Assembly (NCBI GenBank): GCA_963710985.1
Contig: CAVQCI010000003.1
Span: 682,959 to 746,958, forward strand
From: an uncultured Actinomycetes bacterium
Lineage (GTDB): Bacteria > Actinomycetota > UBA4738 > HRBIN12
Length of the DNA: 64,000 nucleotides
Direction: 5' to 3'
The notes beneath the pieces were generated by a model that had not been told where the DNA came from, ran no database searches, and saw only the letters and a program-made list of their open reading frames with translations. The translations under genes and the position numbers were made by a program. Below, in pieces: positions 1 through 9,737 of this stretch (position 1 is the stretch's first letter; each line of letters starts with the position of its first letter).

Positions 1-744
1 GAAGACCGACAGGTCCTCGGGCCCTCCCGGCGCCGTCTCGAGGTCGACCGTGCGTCCGTCCCGCGACGCGACGAGGTAGTTGGCACTCGAGGCCCGCTCG
101 GTGCCCCGGACCGCGCCGACCGCCTCGTCGAAGGTGGAACTCGTGAGCACGCGGCGCAGGATCGCGTGGTAGGGAACGCCGGGCTCCCCCCGGTCGCGGC
201 TGGACTGCAGGGCGTTCGTGGCCAGACCGATCCCGGCTTCGTTGGCGCCACACTTGGCCCACAGCCCCGCCTCGACGAGCGTGACGAACCCCGGGCGATC
301 CTGCGGAGCGCAGGCGAGCAGGATGCACGTGTCGCGGACGGCCGGCTTCCAGTCCCAGTTCTGTCCCACCACGACGTGACCGGCTGCGGCCTCGGGTCCG
401 GCCGCGATCGCGGTGCACTCCTTCATCGCGGCGTGCGCGGCGCGGACATCCAGCCCGAACATGATCTCGGTGCGCAGGTTGATCGCGAGCACGTCCTCGG
501 CCTCGAGCGAGGCTCCTTCGGCGATCCCCTCGAGCTCGGGCAACAGCTGCACGTCGTAGCCGTCGATCGCCTCGACGAACCTCCCGGCGTGACGGCGCAC
601 GTCTCGCCACGCGAGCCCCGTGTAGCGGGCGAAGATCTCCTCGTAGATCGCGACGCTGCGGGCGATCCGCGCAGCCGCCTGCTCGCCGATCGCACGGCCG
701 CGCTCGCGGGGTCCTCCGCTCGCGAGGACCAGGGGCCAGGGCAC
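1..744 (-). CDS. Peptidase C45 family acyltransferase/hydrolase (acyl-CoA:6-APA acyltransferase-like), C-terminus cut by window edge
   Basis: Absent from the ORF track because it runs off the edge. My reverse translation from GTG 744 is open to nt 1: VPWPLVLASGGPRERGRAIGEQ...AAMKECTAIAAGPEAAAGHVVVGQNWDWKPAV...NYLVASRDGRTVDLE. The KECT nucleophile-like context and the GQNWDW block fit C45. Confidence 0.65.
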   Translation of the reverse strand, partial: MPWPLVLASGGPRERGRAIGEQAAARIARSVAIYEEIFARYTGLAWRDVRRHAGRFVEAIDGYDVQLLPELEGIAEGASLEAEDVLAINLRTEIMFGLDVRAAHAAMKECTAIAAGPEAAAGHVVVGQNWDWKPAVRDTCILLACAPQDRPGFVTLVEAGLWAKCGANEAGIGLATNALQSSRDRGEPGVPYHAILRRVLTSSTFDEAVGAVRGTERASSANYLVASRDGRTVDLETAPGGPEDLSVF

Positions 745-792
745 GCAGCGACGGTACTAGACTGCGCGGACCCGCACCCGAGGAGGGGCTTC

Positions 793-2151
793 GTGAGGAC
801 GATCGACCGGTCCCGGCTGCACGAGCTGATGGAGCGCGAGCGCCAGACGTTCCGGGAGCGTCACCCTCGCTCGGGAGCGCTGGCCGAGGACGCGAAGGCG
901 TCGCTGCTGTTCGGCGTGCCGATGAACTGGATGACCCGCTGGCCGGGCGACTACCCCGTGTTCGTCGAACGTGCCGAGGGGGCTCGGTTCTGGGACGTGG
1001 ACGGCAACGAGTACGTCGACTTCTGTCTCGGCGACACCGGCGGCATGGCCGGGCACTCGCCCAAGATCGCGGTCGACGCGATCGCCGAGCAGGCGTCCAA
1101 GGGCATCACACTGATGCTCCCGACCGAGGATGCCGCCTGGGTCGGCCGAGAACTGGCCCGTCGCTTCGGCGTCCCGTATTGGAACTTCACGCTCACGGCG
1201 ACCGACGCGAACCGGTTCGCGATCCGCTGGGCCCGGGAGGTCACCGGCCGCTCGAAGATCGTCGTGCACAACTGGTGCTACCACGGGTCGGTCGACGAGT
1301 CCTTCGCCACGCTCGACGAACGTGGCGACGTCGTGGCCCGTGAGGGCAACGTCGGCAAGCCGGTCCCGCTCGAGGAGACGACCCGGGTCGTCGAGATCAA
1401 CGACCTCGAGGGGCTCGAAGCCGCGCTGGCCCACGGCGACGTCGCGGTCTGCCTCTTCGAGCCGGCGCTCACGAACATCGGGATCGTGCTGCCCGAGCCC
1501 GGCTACCACGATGCCGTGCGCGAGCTCTGCACGAAGTACGGGACCCTGCTCCTGATCGACGAGACGCACACGATCAGCGCCGGTCCGGGCGGCGCCACGA
1601 AGGCCTGGGGGCTGCGGCCCGACATCGTGACGATCGGCAAGACGCTGGGCGCGGGGATCCCGAGCGCGGCGTACGGATTCAGCGAGGAGATGTCCCAGCG
1701 CGTCTACGCGCACACCGACTGGAAGAATGCCGACGTCGGCGGGGTCGGCGGCACGCTCGCCGGCAACGCGCTGTCGCTGGCCGCGATGCGCGCGACGCTC
1801 GGTGAGGTCATGACCGACGAGGCGTTCGACCGGATGATCGGGCTGGGCGAACGGTTCGAGCAGGGCGTGCAGGAGGTGATCGCGAGCCGGGAGCTGCCGT
1901 GGCACGTGGTGCGTCTGGGCTGCCGTGTGGAGTACCTGTTCCGTCCGGAACGCGCGAGGACCGGCAGCGAGGCTGCGGCCGGCCAGGACGAGGAGGTCGA
2001 TCCCTACATCCACCTCTTCTTGCTGAACCGCGGGATCTTGATGACGCCGTTCCACAACATGGCGCTGATGTCGCCGGCCACGACGGCGGAGGACGTCGAC
2101 CGCCACACCGAGGTCTACGCGCAGATGGCCGACGAGCTGATCGGCGGCTGA
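793..2151 (+). CDS. Class-III PLP aminotransferase (glutamate-1-semialdehyde aminomutase-like)
   Basis: C-terminal 452 aa of ORF 166..2151. GTG 793 is preceded by AGGAGG (781-786). Blocks: DFCLGDTGGMAGHSP, LLLIDETHT, VTIGKTLGAGIP. Confidence 0.85.
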   Translation: MRTIDRSRLHELMERERQTFRERHPRSGALAEDAKASLLFGVPMNWMTRWPGDYPVFVERAEGARFWDVDGNEYVDFCLGDTGGMAGHSPKIAVDAIAEQASKGITLMLPTEDAAWVGRELARRFGVPYWNFTLTATDANRFAIRWAREVTGRSKIVVHNWCYHGSVDESFATLDERGDVVAREGNVGKPVPLEETTRVVEINDLEGLEAALAHGDVAVCLFEPALTNIGIVLPEPGYHDAVRELCTKYGTLLLIDETHTISAGPGGATKAWGLRPDIVTIGKTLGAGIPSAAYGFSEEMSQRVYAHTDWKNADVGGVGGTLAGNALSLAAMRATLGEVMTDEAFDRMIGLGERFEQGVQEVIASRELPWHVVRLGCRVEYLFRPERARTGSEAAAGQDEEVDPYIHLFLLNRGILMTPFHNMALMSPATTAEDVDRHTEVYAQMADELIGG

Positions 2152-2171
2152 GGTGGGCTGCGCCGCTGCGG

Positions 2172-3275
2172 CTACGCGGCGTAGCGCGCGCGGAAGTCGC
2201 GCATGAACCCGGCGAGGGCCCGGACGCCCTCGTGGGGCATCGCGTTGTAGATCGACGCGCGGATCCCGCCGACGCTGCGGTGACCCTTCAGCTCGTGCAT
2301 GCCCGCGTCACGGGCCTCCGCGACGAACGTCGCCTCGAGGTCCTCGTTCGGCAGGCGCCACGTGACGTTCATCAGCGACCGTGAGCCCGGTGCGGCGTGG
2401 CCCCGGTAGAAGTCCGGGGCGGCGTCGATCTCCGCGTACAGGAGCGCGGCCTTCTCGCGGTTGCGCGCGTACATCGCCTCGAGACCGCCGAGGTCGCGGA
2501 TCCACCGTGTGACCAGCGTGAGCAGGTAGATCGAGAACACGGGCGGCGTGTTGTACAGCGAGGCGTGCTCGGTGTAGGTGCGGTAATCCAGCATCGTGGG
2601 CAGACCCTCGGGGATCCGCGTCAGGAGCGCGCGGTCGACGATCGCCACGGTGACGCCCGCGGGACCCGCGTTCTTCTGGGCTCCCGCGTACAGGAGCCCG
2701 AAGCGTCCCACGTCGAGCGGGCGCGCGAGGAAGTCCGACGACGCGTCCGCGAGCAGCGGCGACTCGTCCGGGACGATGGGCGTGGCCGGGAACTCCACGC
2801 CTTGGATCGTCTCGTTCGTGGTCACGTGGACGTACGCAGCGTCCCCGGAGAGGAGCTCGAGGAGCTCGTCGGTGTCGGGGGCGCGGACGTAGCCTTCTTC
2901 CTTGCCCGACCACGCGACGCGGACCTTCCCCTCCTTCTCGGCCTCCTTGACGGCTTTCGCGCTCCACGAACCGGTCACGACGTACTCGGCGCCCTGGTGC
3001 TGACCGCGCAGGAAGTTCATCGCGGCCATCGAGAACTGCAACGTCGCGCCGCCCTGGCAGAAGACGACCGCGTGCGAGTCGGGGATCGCGAGGAGTTCGC
3101 GAAGGTTGGCCTCGGCCTCGTCGATCGTGGACGTGAACCACGCTCCCCGGTGCGAGACCTCCAGTGGTGACGCGCCCACGCCGGGGAGCGTGACCAGGTC
3201 CCTGCGGGCCTCCTCGAGGACGGGCAACGGGAGCGCGCCAGGACCCGCGGAGAAGTTGAAGATGCGTTCGGACAT
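2172..3275 (-). CDS. serC: Phosphoserine aminotransferase
   Basis: Intact 367-aa ORF: MSERIFNFSAGPGALPLPVLEEA, FCQGGATLQF, and a GGIRASIYNAMP C-terminal block typical of SerC. Confidence 0.9.
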   Translation of the reverse strand: MSERIFNFSAGPGALPLPVLEEARRDLVTLPGVGASPLEVSHRGAWFTSTIDEAEANLRELLAIPDSHAVVFCQGGATLQFSMAAMNFLRGQHQGAEYVVTGSWSAKAVKEAEKEGKVRVAWSGKEEGYVRAPDTDELLELLSGDAAYVHVTTNETIQGVEFPATPIVPDESPLLADASSDFLARPLDVGRFGLLYAGAQKNAGPAGVTVAIVDRALLTRIPEGLPTMLDYRTYTEHASLYNTPPVFSIYLLTLVTRWIRDLGGLEAMYARNREKAALLYAEIDAAPDFYRGHAAPGSRSLMNVTWRLPNEDLEATFVAEARDAGMHELKGHRSVGGIRASIYNAMPHEGVRALAGFMRDFRARYAA

Positions 3276-3284
3276 GGTGCGTCC

Positions 3285-3290
3285 AGGCTA
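3285..3290 (-). promoter_or_regulatory. -10-like hexamer TAGCCT, 9 nt upstream of serC ATG (possible leaderless transcript)
   Basis: Coding-strand sequence is gggTAGCCTggacgcaccATG. No Shine-Dalgarno sequence lies between the hexamer and the start. Confidence 0.3.
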
Positions 3291-3329
3291 CCCGCCGGAG
3301 CCTGCACCGCCCCCGACCGCACCTCTCGG

Positions 3330-3811
3330 CTACGCCGCCCCGGGCTTGTAGATCATCAGCCAGAGGATCGAGCGCGAGCCCGGCGATCCCGACCGCGTTC
3401 ACGAGCGCCGGCGTCGGGGAGGCGATCATGGACTCGAACTCGGCCTCCGGCACCGTGTAGGAGCCGTCGGCCCACCTGGTGGTCGCCTCGCGGACGCGGC
3501 GCATGTACGGGGTGGCGATCGCCGCCATCAACCCGATCTCGATCGAAGAGGATCCCGAGGGCTCCCCACACCCACCAACCGTCGCCGAACCAGCCTTCCT
3601 GCAGCCCGGCGCCGGTGCCTCCGATCACGAGGATCGCGAGCGCGACGTACATCGGCGGCGTGGCGGTCCGGGAGATCTCGGCCAGCTCGAAGATCCGCCC
3701 GCGATCGGGCGCCTGGCCCTTGAGAGCCATCATCATCCACATCTGCGCGCCGTGGGCTGCGACGAACCCGATGATCCCCACGAAGTGGACGGTCAGCCAG
3801 AGGTCCTCCAC
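3330..3811 (-). pseudogene. Small multi-TM integral membrane protein, reading frame broken twice
   Basis: N-terminus in ORF 3356..3811 (MEDLWLTVHFVGIIGFVAAHG...WWVWGALGILF). Middle in the frame of ORF 2308..3531 (IEIGLMAAIATPYMRRVREATTRW...NAVGIAGLAL). Tail SILWLMIYKPGAA* in the third frame (stop 3330-3332). Breaks near 3538-3546 and 3366-3372. Confidence 0.5.
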
Positions 3812-3863
3812 GAGCCCGAGGATACGGAGGGCGCAGGTCGCCCCGATGGGCCGAGCGGCCCCG

Positions 3864-4712
3864 TCAGACGCGGACGAGCGGCCGCGTCAGGCAGGTGGGC
3901 CCGCCGTCGCCCTTGCGGCTGATGTCGTCGCCGCGATAGGTGCGTACGTCGACCCCCGCGGCCTCCATCCGCCGCCGCGTCTGGGGGTTCCCATCGAGCG
4001 CGAGCGCGACCCGCGGGCCCAGCGCGAGGACGTTCGGCCCCATCGTCGGGAACTCCTCCTCGGGCACCTCGACGAGCTCGACCCCCCGCTCGTGGAGGAG
4101 CTGGACGAGGCGAACCGGCATCAGGGGCAGGTACGCGACGGCGAGGTCCTCGTCGAGGGGGGACAGGAAGGAGAGGAGGTGCACACACTCGTCGGGTCCG
4201 CGCAGGTGCGGCAGGTCGAACGCGACGACGTCGATCCCCATCGGCTCCAACAGCGTGCGGAGCTGCGCGACCCCGGCCCCGTTCGTCCGGTAGCCGACCC
4301 CCGCGAGGAGCGTCGAGGGATCGAGGAAGCACAGGTCGCCACCCTCGGCGGTGGCGGGTTCGGTGAGCCATCCGATCGTCGGGACGCCGAGCGCCTCGAG
4401 GTCGGCCGCGACCGCGGCCGGCTCCGCACGACGGCCGACCTTCCCCATCCTGAGCACGATCGCACCGGAGTCGGTCAGCAGGACCGGGTCGTACGCGTAG
4501 ATCGCGTCGGGATCGCCGGGGACCGGCGTCGACCCGATGACGACCTCGGCGCCGGCGTCCTCGAGCAGTCGCCGGAACGCCGCGTGCTCCTCCTCGGCGC
4601 GCTCGGCGTCGGGCCGGGCGCGCCAGCCGTACTCGCGCCACGCGGGGGTGTCCTCGTCGCGGGGTGACCGGACGTAGACACGGACGAGGCCGGCCGACGG
4701 GTGCTGGATCAC
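3864..4712 (-). CDS. Dimethylarginine dimethylaminohydrolase-like (amidinotransferase/pentein superfamily) protein
   Basis: Intact 282-aa ORF with blocks DPVLLTDSGAIVLRMG and GGDLCFL, and a C-terminal nucleophile context GDGGPTCLTRPL. Confidence 0.75.
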   Translation of the reverse strand: MIQHPSAGLVRVYVRSPRDEDTPAWREYGWRARPDAERAEEEHAAFRRLLEDAGAEVVIGSTPVPGDPDAIYAYDPVLLTDSGAIVLRMGKVGRRAEPAAVAADLEALGVPTIGWLTEPATAEGGDLCFLDPSTLLAGVGYRTNGAGVAQLRTLLEPMGIDVVAFDLPHLRGPDECVHLLSFLSPLDEDLAVAYLPLMPVRLVQLLHERGVELVEVPEEEFPTMGPNVLALGPRVALALDGNPQTRRRMEAAGVDVRTYRGDDISRKGDGGPTCLTRPLVRV

Positions 4713-4748
4713 GTCAGCAGTATCGCCCGGCTGGGCCGAGGCGTCCGC

Positions 4749-6143
4749 TCAGCGCTTGTGGCGATGCACGAGCGCGAAGTGGTCGCCGTGCGCCGTGGCG
4801 GGTTGATGCTTGGGCATCGTCTTGCCGGGCGGGTCCGAGGGCTTCGGGTCCTGGTGCCCGGGAGGGCCCCCGTGCGGGTTGTGGTCGCCGCTGTGACCCG
4901 GCGTCGGATCGTCGTTGTGGCCGTGGTGCTGGTGGGCCTTGCCGTGCGAGGCCCCGCCACCGTCGGTGCCGCCGCCGCCGCTGCCACCGTTCCCACCGGT
5001 GTTCCCGCCGCCGGTGTTCCCGCCGCCGGTATCCCCGCCGCCGGTGTTGCCGCCGCCGCCGCTGCCACCGTTCCCGCCGCCGCCGCCGTTGCCGCCGCCG
5101 TTGCCGGCGTCGGGGTGACTCGTGCCGATCACCACGGGTCCGGGTCCGCCGTGGTGACCGCGGGTCTGGTTGCCGCCGAGGGGTTTGGGCGGGTAGGTGG
5201 GGCCGATGGACGGAGGGCCCGTCGGCGATGCGGGGGGCGGAGACGACGTCGAGATCACGGGCGGATTCGCGTTCACGACCGACACCGGGATCCGCGCGGC
5301 CGACACGCCGAGCGAGAGCACCACGGCTCCGATCAGTGCGGCGCCTCCCAGGGCGATCGACCCGAGGCGACGGTTGAACTCGGTCGCGATCGGGTCGGGT
5401 CGGGCCCCCGCTGTGGCCGCCACCGCCGCTACCCCCGCCACCCCTGCGACCCCCGCGACCGCCTCGTCGTCGTCCTCCTCTTCGGCGTGCGCCGGCGGGG
5501 CCGCAGGCGCGCTCGCGGCAACGACGGCCGGCGGCAGGACGATCGTTGGCTCGGCGCCGGCCGCGCTCGGCAGGATCAGCACGGGCGCGAGTCGCTCGGT
5601 GTCCTCGTCGGTCGCCCCGACCGGCGCTTCCTCGGGTTCCTTCGGCGGCGTCCCACGCTGGGCACGGCGCTGGAGCTCGGTCACGCTCGGGCGCTCCGAC
5701 GCGGTCTCGGCGCTCCGCTTGGCGAGCAGATCGCGAAGGGTCGCGGGGTCCTTGCGCACCTTGTCGATCCAGTCGGGCTTGTCGAACCCTTGGAGGAGCC
5801 CGGCGAGACCGGCGACCTGCGCGACGGCCGGTCCGAGACCCCGCAACACCTCGGAGGGCTCGACGCGGGCGTCGCCGCCGATGGGAACGACCGCCCCGGG
5901 CCACACGAGCACGACCTTGGCCTGGGGCGCGACCTCGTGGGTCAGTTGGACCGCCGTGACGCCGATCCCGTCGTCGAGCACGACCACGTCGGGCTGTTCG
6001 ACGGCGAGGAGCTTGGCGAGCTCGGCGGGGTCCGGGGCCTCGCCGACCACGTCGAAGCCTTCGCCCTCGAGGACGAAGCGGAGCAAGCCCTTGCGGGCAG
6101 CCCTTCCTTCGCCCACGACGACGCGTGCGCGGCCCTGCTGCAT
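4749..6143 (-). CDS. Receiver-like domain / single-TM / Pro-Gly-His-rich tail protein
   Basis: Intact 464-aa ORF. Residues ~5-85 are CheY-like (RVVVGEG..FDVVGEA..QPDVVVLDD..KVVLVWPG). Predicted TM is LGSIALGGAALIGAVVLSLGV. It is followed by PPVISTSSPPPASPTGPP, GGNTG-type repeats and the His-rich end HGKAHQHHGHNDD...HGDHFALVHRHKR. Confidence 0.7.
   Translation of the reverse strand: MQQGRARVVVGEGRAARKGLLRFVLEGEGFDVVGEAPDPAELAKLLAVEQPDVVVLDDGIGVTAVQLTHEVAPQAKVVLVWPGAVVPIGGDARVEPSEVLRGLGPAVAQVAGLAGLLQGFDKPDWIDKVRKDPATLRDLLAKRSAETASERPSVTELQRRAQRGTPPKEPEEAPVGATDEDTERLAPVLILPSAAGAEPTIVLPPAVVAASAPAAPPAHAEEEDDDEAVAGVAGVAGVAAVAATAGARPDPIATEFNRRLGSIALGGAALIGAVVLSLGVSAARIPVSVVNANPPVISTSSPPPASPTGPPSIGPTYPPKPLGGNQTRGHHGGPGPVVIGTSHPDAGNGGGNGGGGGNGGSGGGGNTGGGDTGGGNTGGGNTGGNGGSGGGGTDGGGASHGKAHQHHGHNDDPTPGHSGDHNPHGGPPGHQDPKPSDPPGKTMPKHQPATAHGDHFALVHRHKR
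4968..5108. repeat. Nested coding tandem repeats (27-nt direct repeat flanking 15-nt units)
   Basis: On the + strand, gccgccgccgccgctgccaccgttccc occurs at 4968-4994 and again at 5049-5075. Four 15-nt units of ccggtgttcccgccg type lie between them, and gccgccgccgtt x2 follows. On the - strand this encodes NGGSGGGG and GGNTG/GGDTG. Confidence 0.8.
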
Positions 6144-6286
6144 CTCGGCGATGCCCCCTCCCGGCGCCAGCGTGCACCGGTCCGCCTAAGGGTATACCGG
6201 GGACCACCCCCCACAGCCACCGCCGGACGTCGCATCTCCGCTACGTCCGAAAGGGCTACAGGGGACTACCGATACACTCAGTCCCG

Positions 6287-6695
6287 ATGGGGGAGGTGCG
6301 GCTCACGTGGACCGGCGAGCGCCTCCAGTTCGTGGGACAGACGGCCTACGGTGAGCCGGTCACGGTCGGCGGAGACCCCGAGGGTCCCGGTGCCAAACCC
6401 TCCGACCTGCTCCCGCTTTCCTTGGCGGCGTGCACGGCCTACGACGTCGTTGAAGATCCTGCGCAAGCAGCGCCAGGGACTGCGCGCCCTCGAGGCCGTC
6501 GTCACCTCTGAGCAGGATCGTGACCCGCCGTGGACCTTCCGGATGATCCACGTGCGGTTCGTGCTCATGGGCGACGTCGACGAACGCAAAGCGGAACGCG
6601 CGATCGACTTGGCCGAGCGCAAGTACTGCTCGGTCGCGGCGACCCTTCGGCCCTCGGTCGCGGTCACCCATTCGTTCGAGATCGTGCGGGACTAG
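6287..6695 (+). pseudogene. OsmC/Ohr-family protein, one frame break
   Basis: MGEVRLTWTGERLQFVGQTAYGEPVTVGG...PSDLLPLSLAACTAYDVV lies in the frame of ORF 6125..6511. ILRKQRQGLRALEAVVTSEQD...RAIDLAERKYCSVAATLRPSVAVTHSFEIVRD* lies in the frame of ORF 4701..6695. Break near 6449-6455. Confidence 0.7.
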
Positions 6696-7684
6696 GCGCC
6701 AGACGGCGCGGCCCCGGCCCCGGTCTCGGACCGCGGCCTGGTCTTGGGCGGGCGCCTGTGCGACTGGCGCCACACGAGCCAGGCGGTGAGGCCGAGCAGG
6801 GCGCCGCCCGTGGCCGCGAGGGCCAGCATGAAGCTCGCCTCGCCCTCGAAGTACGTGGCGATCAACCCGATCAGGGTGGCGAGCAACGCCAGACCGCCGA
6901 GGACTTCCATCGGCAGCTCGCGCAGCCGCACCCCGAGCACGACCAGGCCGCCGGCGACGATCGGCGCCGATCCACAGCGCGAGCGTCTGGTGGTCGGCGT
7001 CGATCGGCCGCGTGCACATGATCAGCCCGATCGTCGCCAGGACGAACGCAGTGTCGCGTGGCGCGAGCCGGTCCATCACCGCGGCGACGAGCCAGACCGC
7101 CGACGCGACGCCGAGCATCGCGGCCACGAAGTCGAACCGAGCCGCGTCGGACCAGCCGGCGTCCGCGGTGAGCGGCAGCGTCGCGAAGACGGTCCCGACC
7201 AGGCACGCGAACAGCGCGAGCTGGGCGAGCGTGCGGCGCTCGAAGCCGTAAAGCAAGCCGGCGAAGAGCGTCGTGACGCCGAAGATCGTGATCGCAAGCC
7301 CACGCGGGCAGGTCGAGCCCGTCGACGATCTCGCGCCAGAACACGGCGTAGGCCAGCGTGAACCCGAACGCGGGTACCGCGAAGAACCAGCAGACCGCAG
7401 CGAACCTTCGCGCCGCGGGCTCATCGGACCCGCGCGTGATCCACCCGAGGGCGAACAGCAGCACGGTGACGGCGCCGGGGATTGACGATCTGCACGCCGA
7501 TCGGGTAATCGCCGAACTGCGAGCCGATGAACACCATGGCCGCGGCGACCAGCAACCCGCCGCCGACGTACCCGATCATCTCGGCGAAGACCGGGACGCG
7601 CGGGGCGACACGCGTTGGGGTGCCCGTGTGCTCCGTGACCTCCCGCTGGGATGGAGCAGGCGTTCGCATCGAGGCCACCTCCAA
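6692..7684 (-). pseudogene. Multi-pass membrane protein of unrecognised family, three frame breaks
   Basis: Hydrophobic segments must be chained across ORFs 7421..7684, 6871..7464, 6360..7901 (GLAITIFGVTTLFAGLLYGF...LATIGLIMCTRPIDA) and 6692..6940. Breaks near 7475-7481, 7297-7305 and 6958-6968. Its stop shares a CTAG with the OsmC-like stop. Confidence 0.5.
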
Positions 7685-7722
7685 CCTGACCGTACGGCGC
7701 GCTCCACCGCGGGTCTGCGGCC

Positions 7723-9642
7723 ATGCGGCCCGCGCAGGTGGGGACCGTCCTCGGCGCGGCCTGCGAAACTCGTGGGGTGGATCGCGCCGCCTTCCGCGCC
7801 CTGGTCGAGGGCGCCGTGCTGCCCGCCGACGGTGGGATGGGCACGTCGCTGATCGACCGCGGCGTCGCGGTGGATGCGTGCATCGAGGAGGCGAACCTCA
7901 CGGCGCCGGCGCTGGTCCGCGAGATTCACGCCGGGTTCGTGTCGGCCGGCGCGCGGCTCGTCCTCACGAACACGTTCGGTGCGAACCGCCATCGCCTCGA
8001 ACGTCACGGGCTGGCGGACCGGGTCGTCGAGCTCTGTGACGTCGGCGTCCGGCTGGCCCGCGAGGCGGGGGCCGAGCTCGTCGGCGGGTCGATGGGCCCG
8101 CTGGGGGTTCGCCTGCAGCCGTACGGACGGGTCCACCCGGACGACGTGCTCGCGGCCTACCGTGAACAAGCGGCGGCGCTCGCACGAGCCGGCGCAGACG
8201 TGCTCGTGGTGGAAACGCAGACGGACCTGCGCGAGCTCGAGCAGGCGGTGGCCGGCGCGCGCGAGGCTGCCCCGGACCTGCCGCTGCTCGCGACCGCGAC
8301 GTTCACGCGGGACGACCGGACGGTGCTCGGCTCGACGCCGGAGGAGGTCGCGGGACGACTCGCCGCGCTCGGCGTCGACGCGCTCGGCGTGAACTGCGGC
8401 GAGGGGCCGGCGCAGGTCCTGCGCGTGCTCGAGGCCATGCGTCCGTTCGCCCCCGGCGTTCCGCTGATCGCGAGGCCCAACGCCGGCGGTCCCTCGAGCG
8501 TCGGCGGGCGGTTCGTGTACCCGGCGACGGCGGAATACGTGGGCGAGCTGACGGGCGCCTACCTCGATGCGGGGGCGAGGATCGTGGGCGGCTGCTGCGG
8601 GACCGGGCCGGCGCACACCGCCTCGATCGTGGCCGCCGTCCGCGCGTACGCGCCGTCGCCGCGCGTGTCGTTCCCCGGCGAGGGCCCCGAGGAAGAACCC
8701 GCCGCGCCGATCCGCGAGCCGACCGCGCTCGAAGCCGCCCTCGGCTCCGCCGTTGCGGGCGAGGGGTTCGCGATCACGGTGGAGATGGAGCCGCCGCGCT
8801 CGTTCGACGCCTCGACCCTGGTGGCGGCGGCCGAGACCCTGCGTGACGCCGGCGCGACCGCGATCGACGTCGCCGACTCGCCGATGGCGAAGATGCGGAT
8901 GAGCGCGTGGGCGGCGTGCCGGTTGATCGAGGAGCAGGCGGGGATCGAGACGGTGCTGCACTTCCCGACGCGCGGGCGCAACCTCCTGCGCCTGCAGGGC
9001 GACCTGCTCGGGGCGCACGCGCTCGGGATCCGCAACCTGTTCGTGTGCGTCGGGGACCCGGTGACGGTGGGGGACTACCCGCAGTCGCTGAACGACGTCG
9101 ATCTCACCGCCACCGGCGTGCTGCGGTTGATCACGCAGGGGTTCAACGCCGGCGTGGACCGCGCGGGCTCGCCGATCGGCGCCCCGACGGCCTTCGTGCC
9201 CGGCGCCGCCGTGGCTCCGTCCGCCCCGGACCTCGGGCGGGAGGCTCGTCTGCTGCACCGCAAGGTCGAGGCCGGCGCCCGGTTCCTCCTGTCGCAGCCG
9301 CTGTACGCGGTCGAGCCGCTGCGGGCGCTCCGCGAGGCTTACGAGCGCGTCGCCGGCGAGCCGCTCGCCGTGCCGATCCTCGCGGGCGTGCTTCCGCTCG
9401 CGTCCGCGCGTCACGCGGAGTTCCTGCACAACGAGGTCCCCGGGATCGACATCCCCGACGACGCTCGCGCCCGGATGGGTCTGGCGGGCGAAGGCGAGCC
9501 CGCGTGGCGCGAGGGCCTCGCGATGGCGACCGCGCTGATCGAGGCGCTGCGCGAGGAGGGCGTCGCAGGCATCTACGTGATGCCGCAGTTCGGCCGCTAC
9601 GACCGTGCCGCCGACGTCGTCGACGCGGCCCGCGCGGGCTGA
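7723..9642 (+). CDS. Bifunctional homocysteine S-methyltransferase / 5,10-methylenetetrahydrofolate reductase (YitJ-like)
   Basis: Intact 639-aa ORF. The N-half is an Hcy-binding domain (DGGMGTSL, TNTFGAN, GVNCG, GGCCGTGP). The C-half has the MTHFR fold (ITVEMEPPR, DVADSP, HFPTRGRN, FVCVGDP, SQPLY). GTG 7777 is an alternative start. Confidence 0.85.
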   Translation: MRPAQVGTVLGAACETRGVDRAAFRALVEGAVLPADGGMGTSLIDRGVAVDACIEEANLTAPALVREIHAGFVSAGARLVLTNTFGANRHRLERHGLADRVVELCDVGVRLAREAGAELVGGSMGPLGVRLQPYGRVHPDDVLAAYREQAAALARAGADVLVVETQTDLRELEQAVAGAREAAPDLPLLATATFTRDDRTVLGSTPEEVAGRLAALGVDALGVNCGEGPAQVLRVLEAMRPFAPGVPLIARPNAGGPSSVGGRFVYPATAEYVGELTGAYLDAGARIVGGCCGTGPAHTASIVAAVRAYAPSPRVSFPGEGPEEEPAAPIREPTALEAALGSAVAGEGFAITVEMEPPRSFDASTLVAAAETLRDAGATAIDVADSPMAKMRMSAWAACRLIEEQAGIETVLHFPTRGRNLLRLQGDLLGAHALGIRNLFVCVGDPVTVGDYPQSLNDVDLTATGVLRLITQGFNAGVDRAGSPIGAPTAFVPGAAVAPSAPDLGREARLLHRKVEAGARFLLSQPLYAVEPLRALREAYERVAGEPLAVPILAGVLPLASARHAEFLHNEVPGIDIPDDARARMGLAGEGEPAWREGLAMATALIEALREEGVAGIYVMPQFGRYDRAADVVDAARAG

Positions 9643-9737
9643 GCGCATCCGGCCCCGCGCCCCTGCGACCTGGCAGAATGGCGTTCCGCGCGCACGCGCG
9701 CGAGAGTGCGGATCCCACGGAGCGAGGCAGTCCCCAC

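Noticed and set aside
4968-5108. Tandem repeats here and at 19556-19670 considered as possible CRISPR or minisatellite elements
   Set aside because: The units are 12-27 nt with no unique spacers. They are in frame inside ORFs and encode Gly-rich or TEPAT peptides, so they are coding repeats, not CRISPR.
4701-6695. 664-aa plus ORF and 497-aa minus ORF (4714..6207) overlapping the receiver-like gene
   Set aside because: Their translations are Arg-rich nonsense. Only the last ~80 codons of 4701..6695 (the OsmC C-terminus) and the 4749..6143 frame show protein-like composition, TM segments and motifs.
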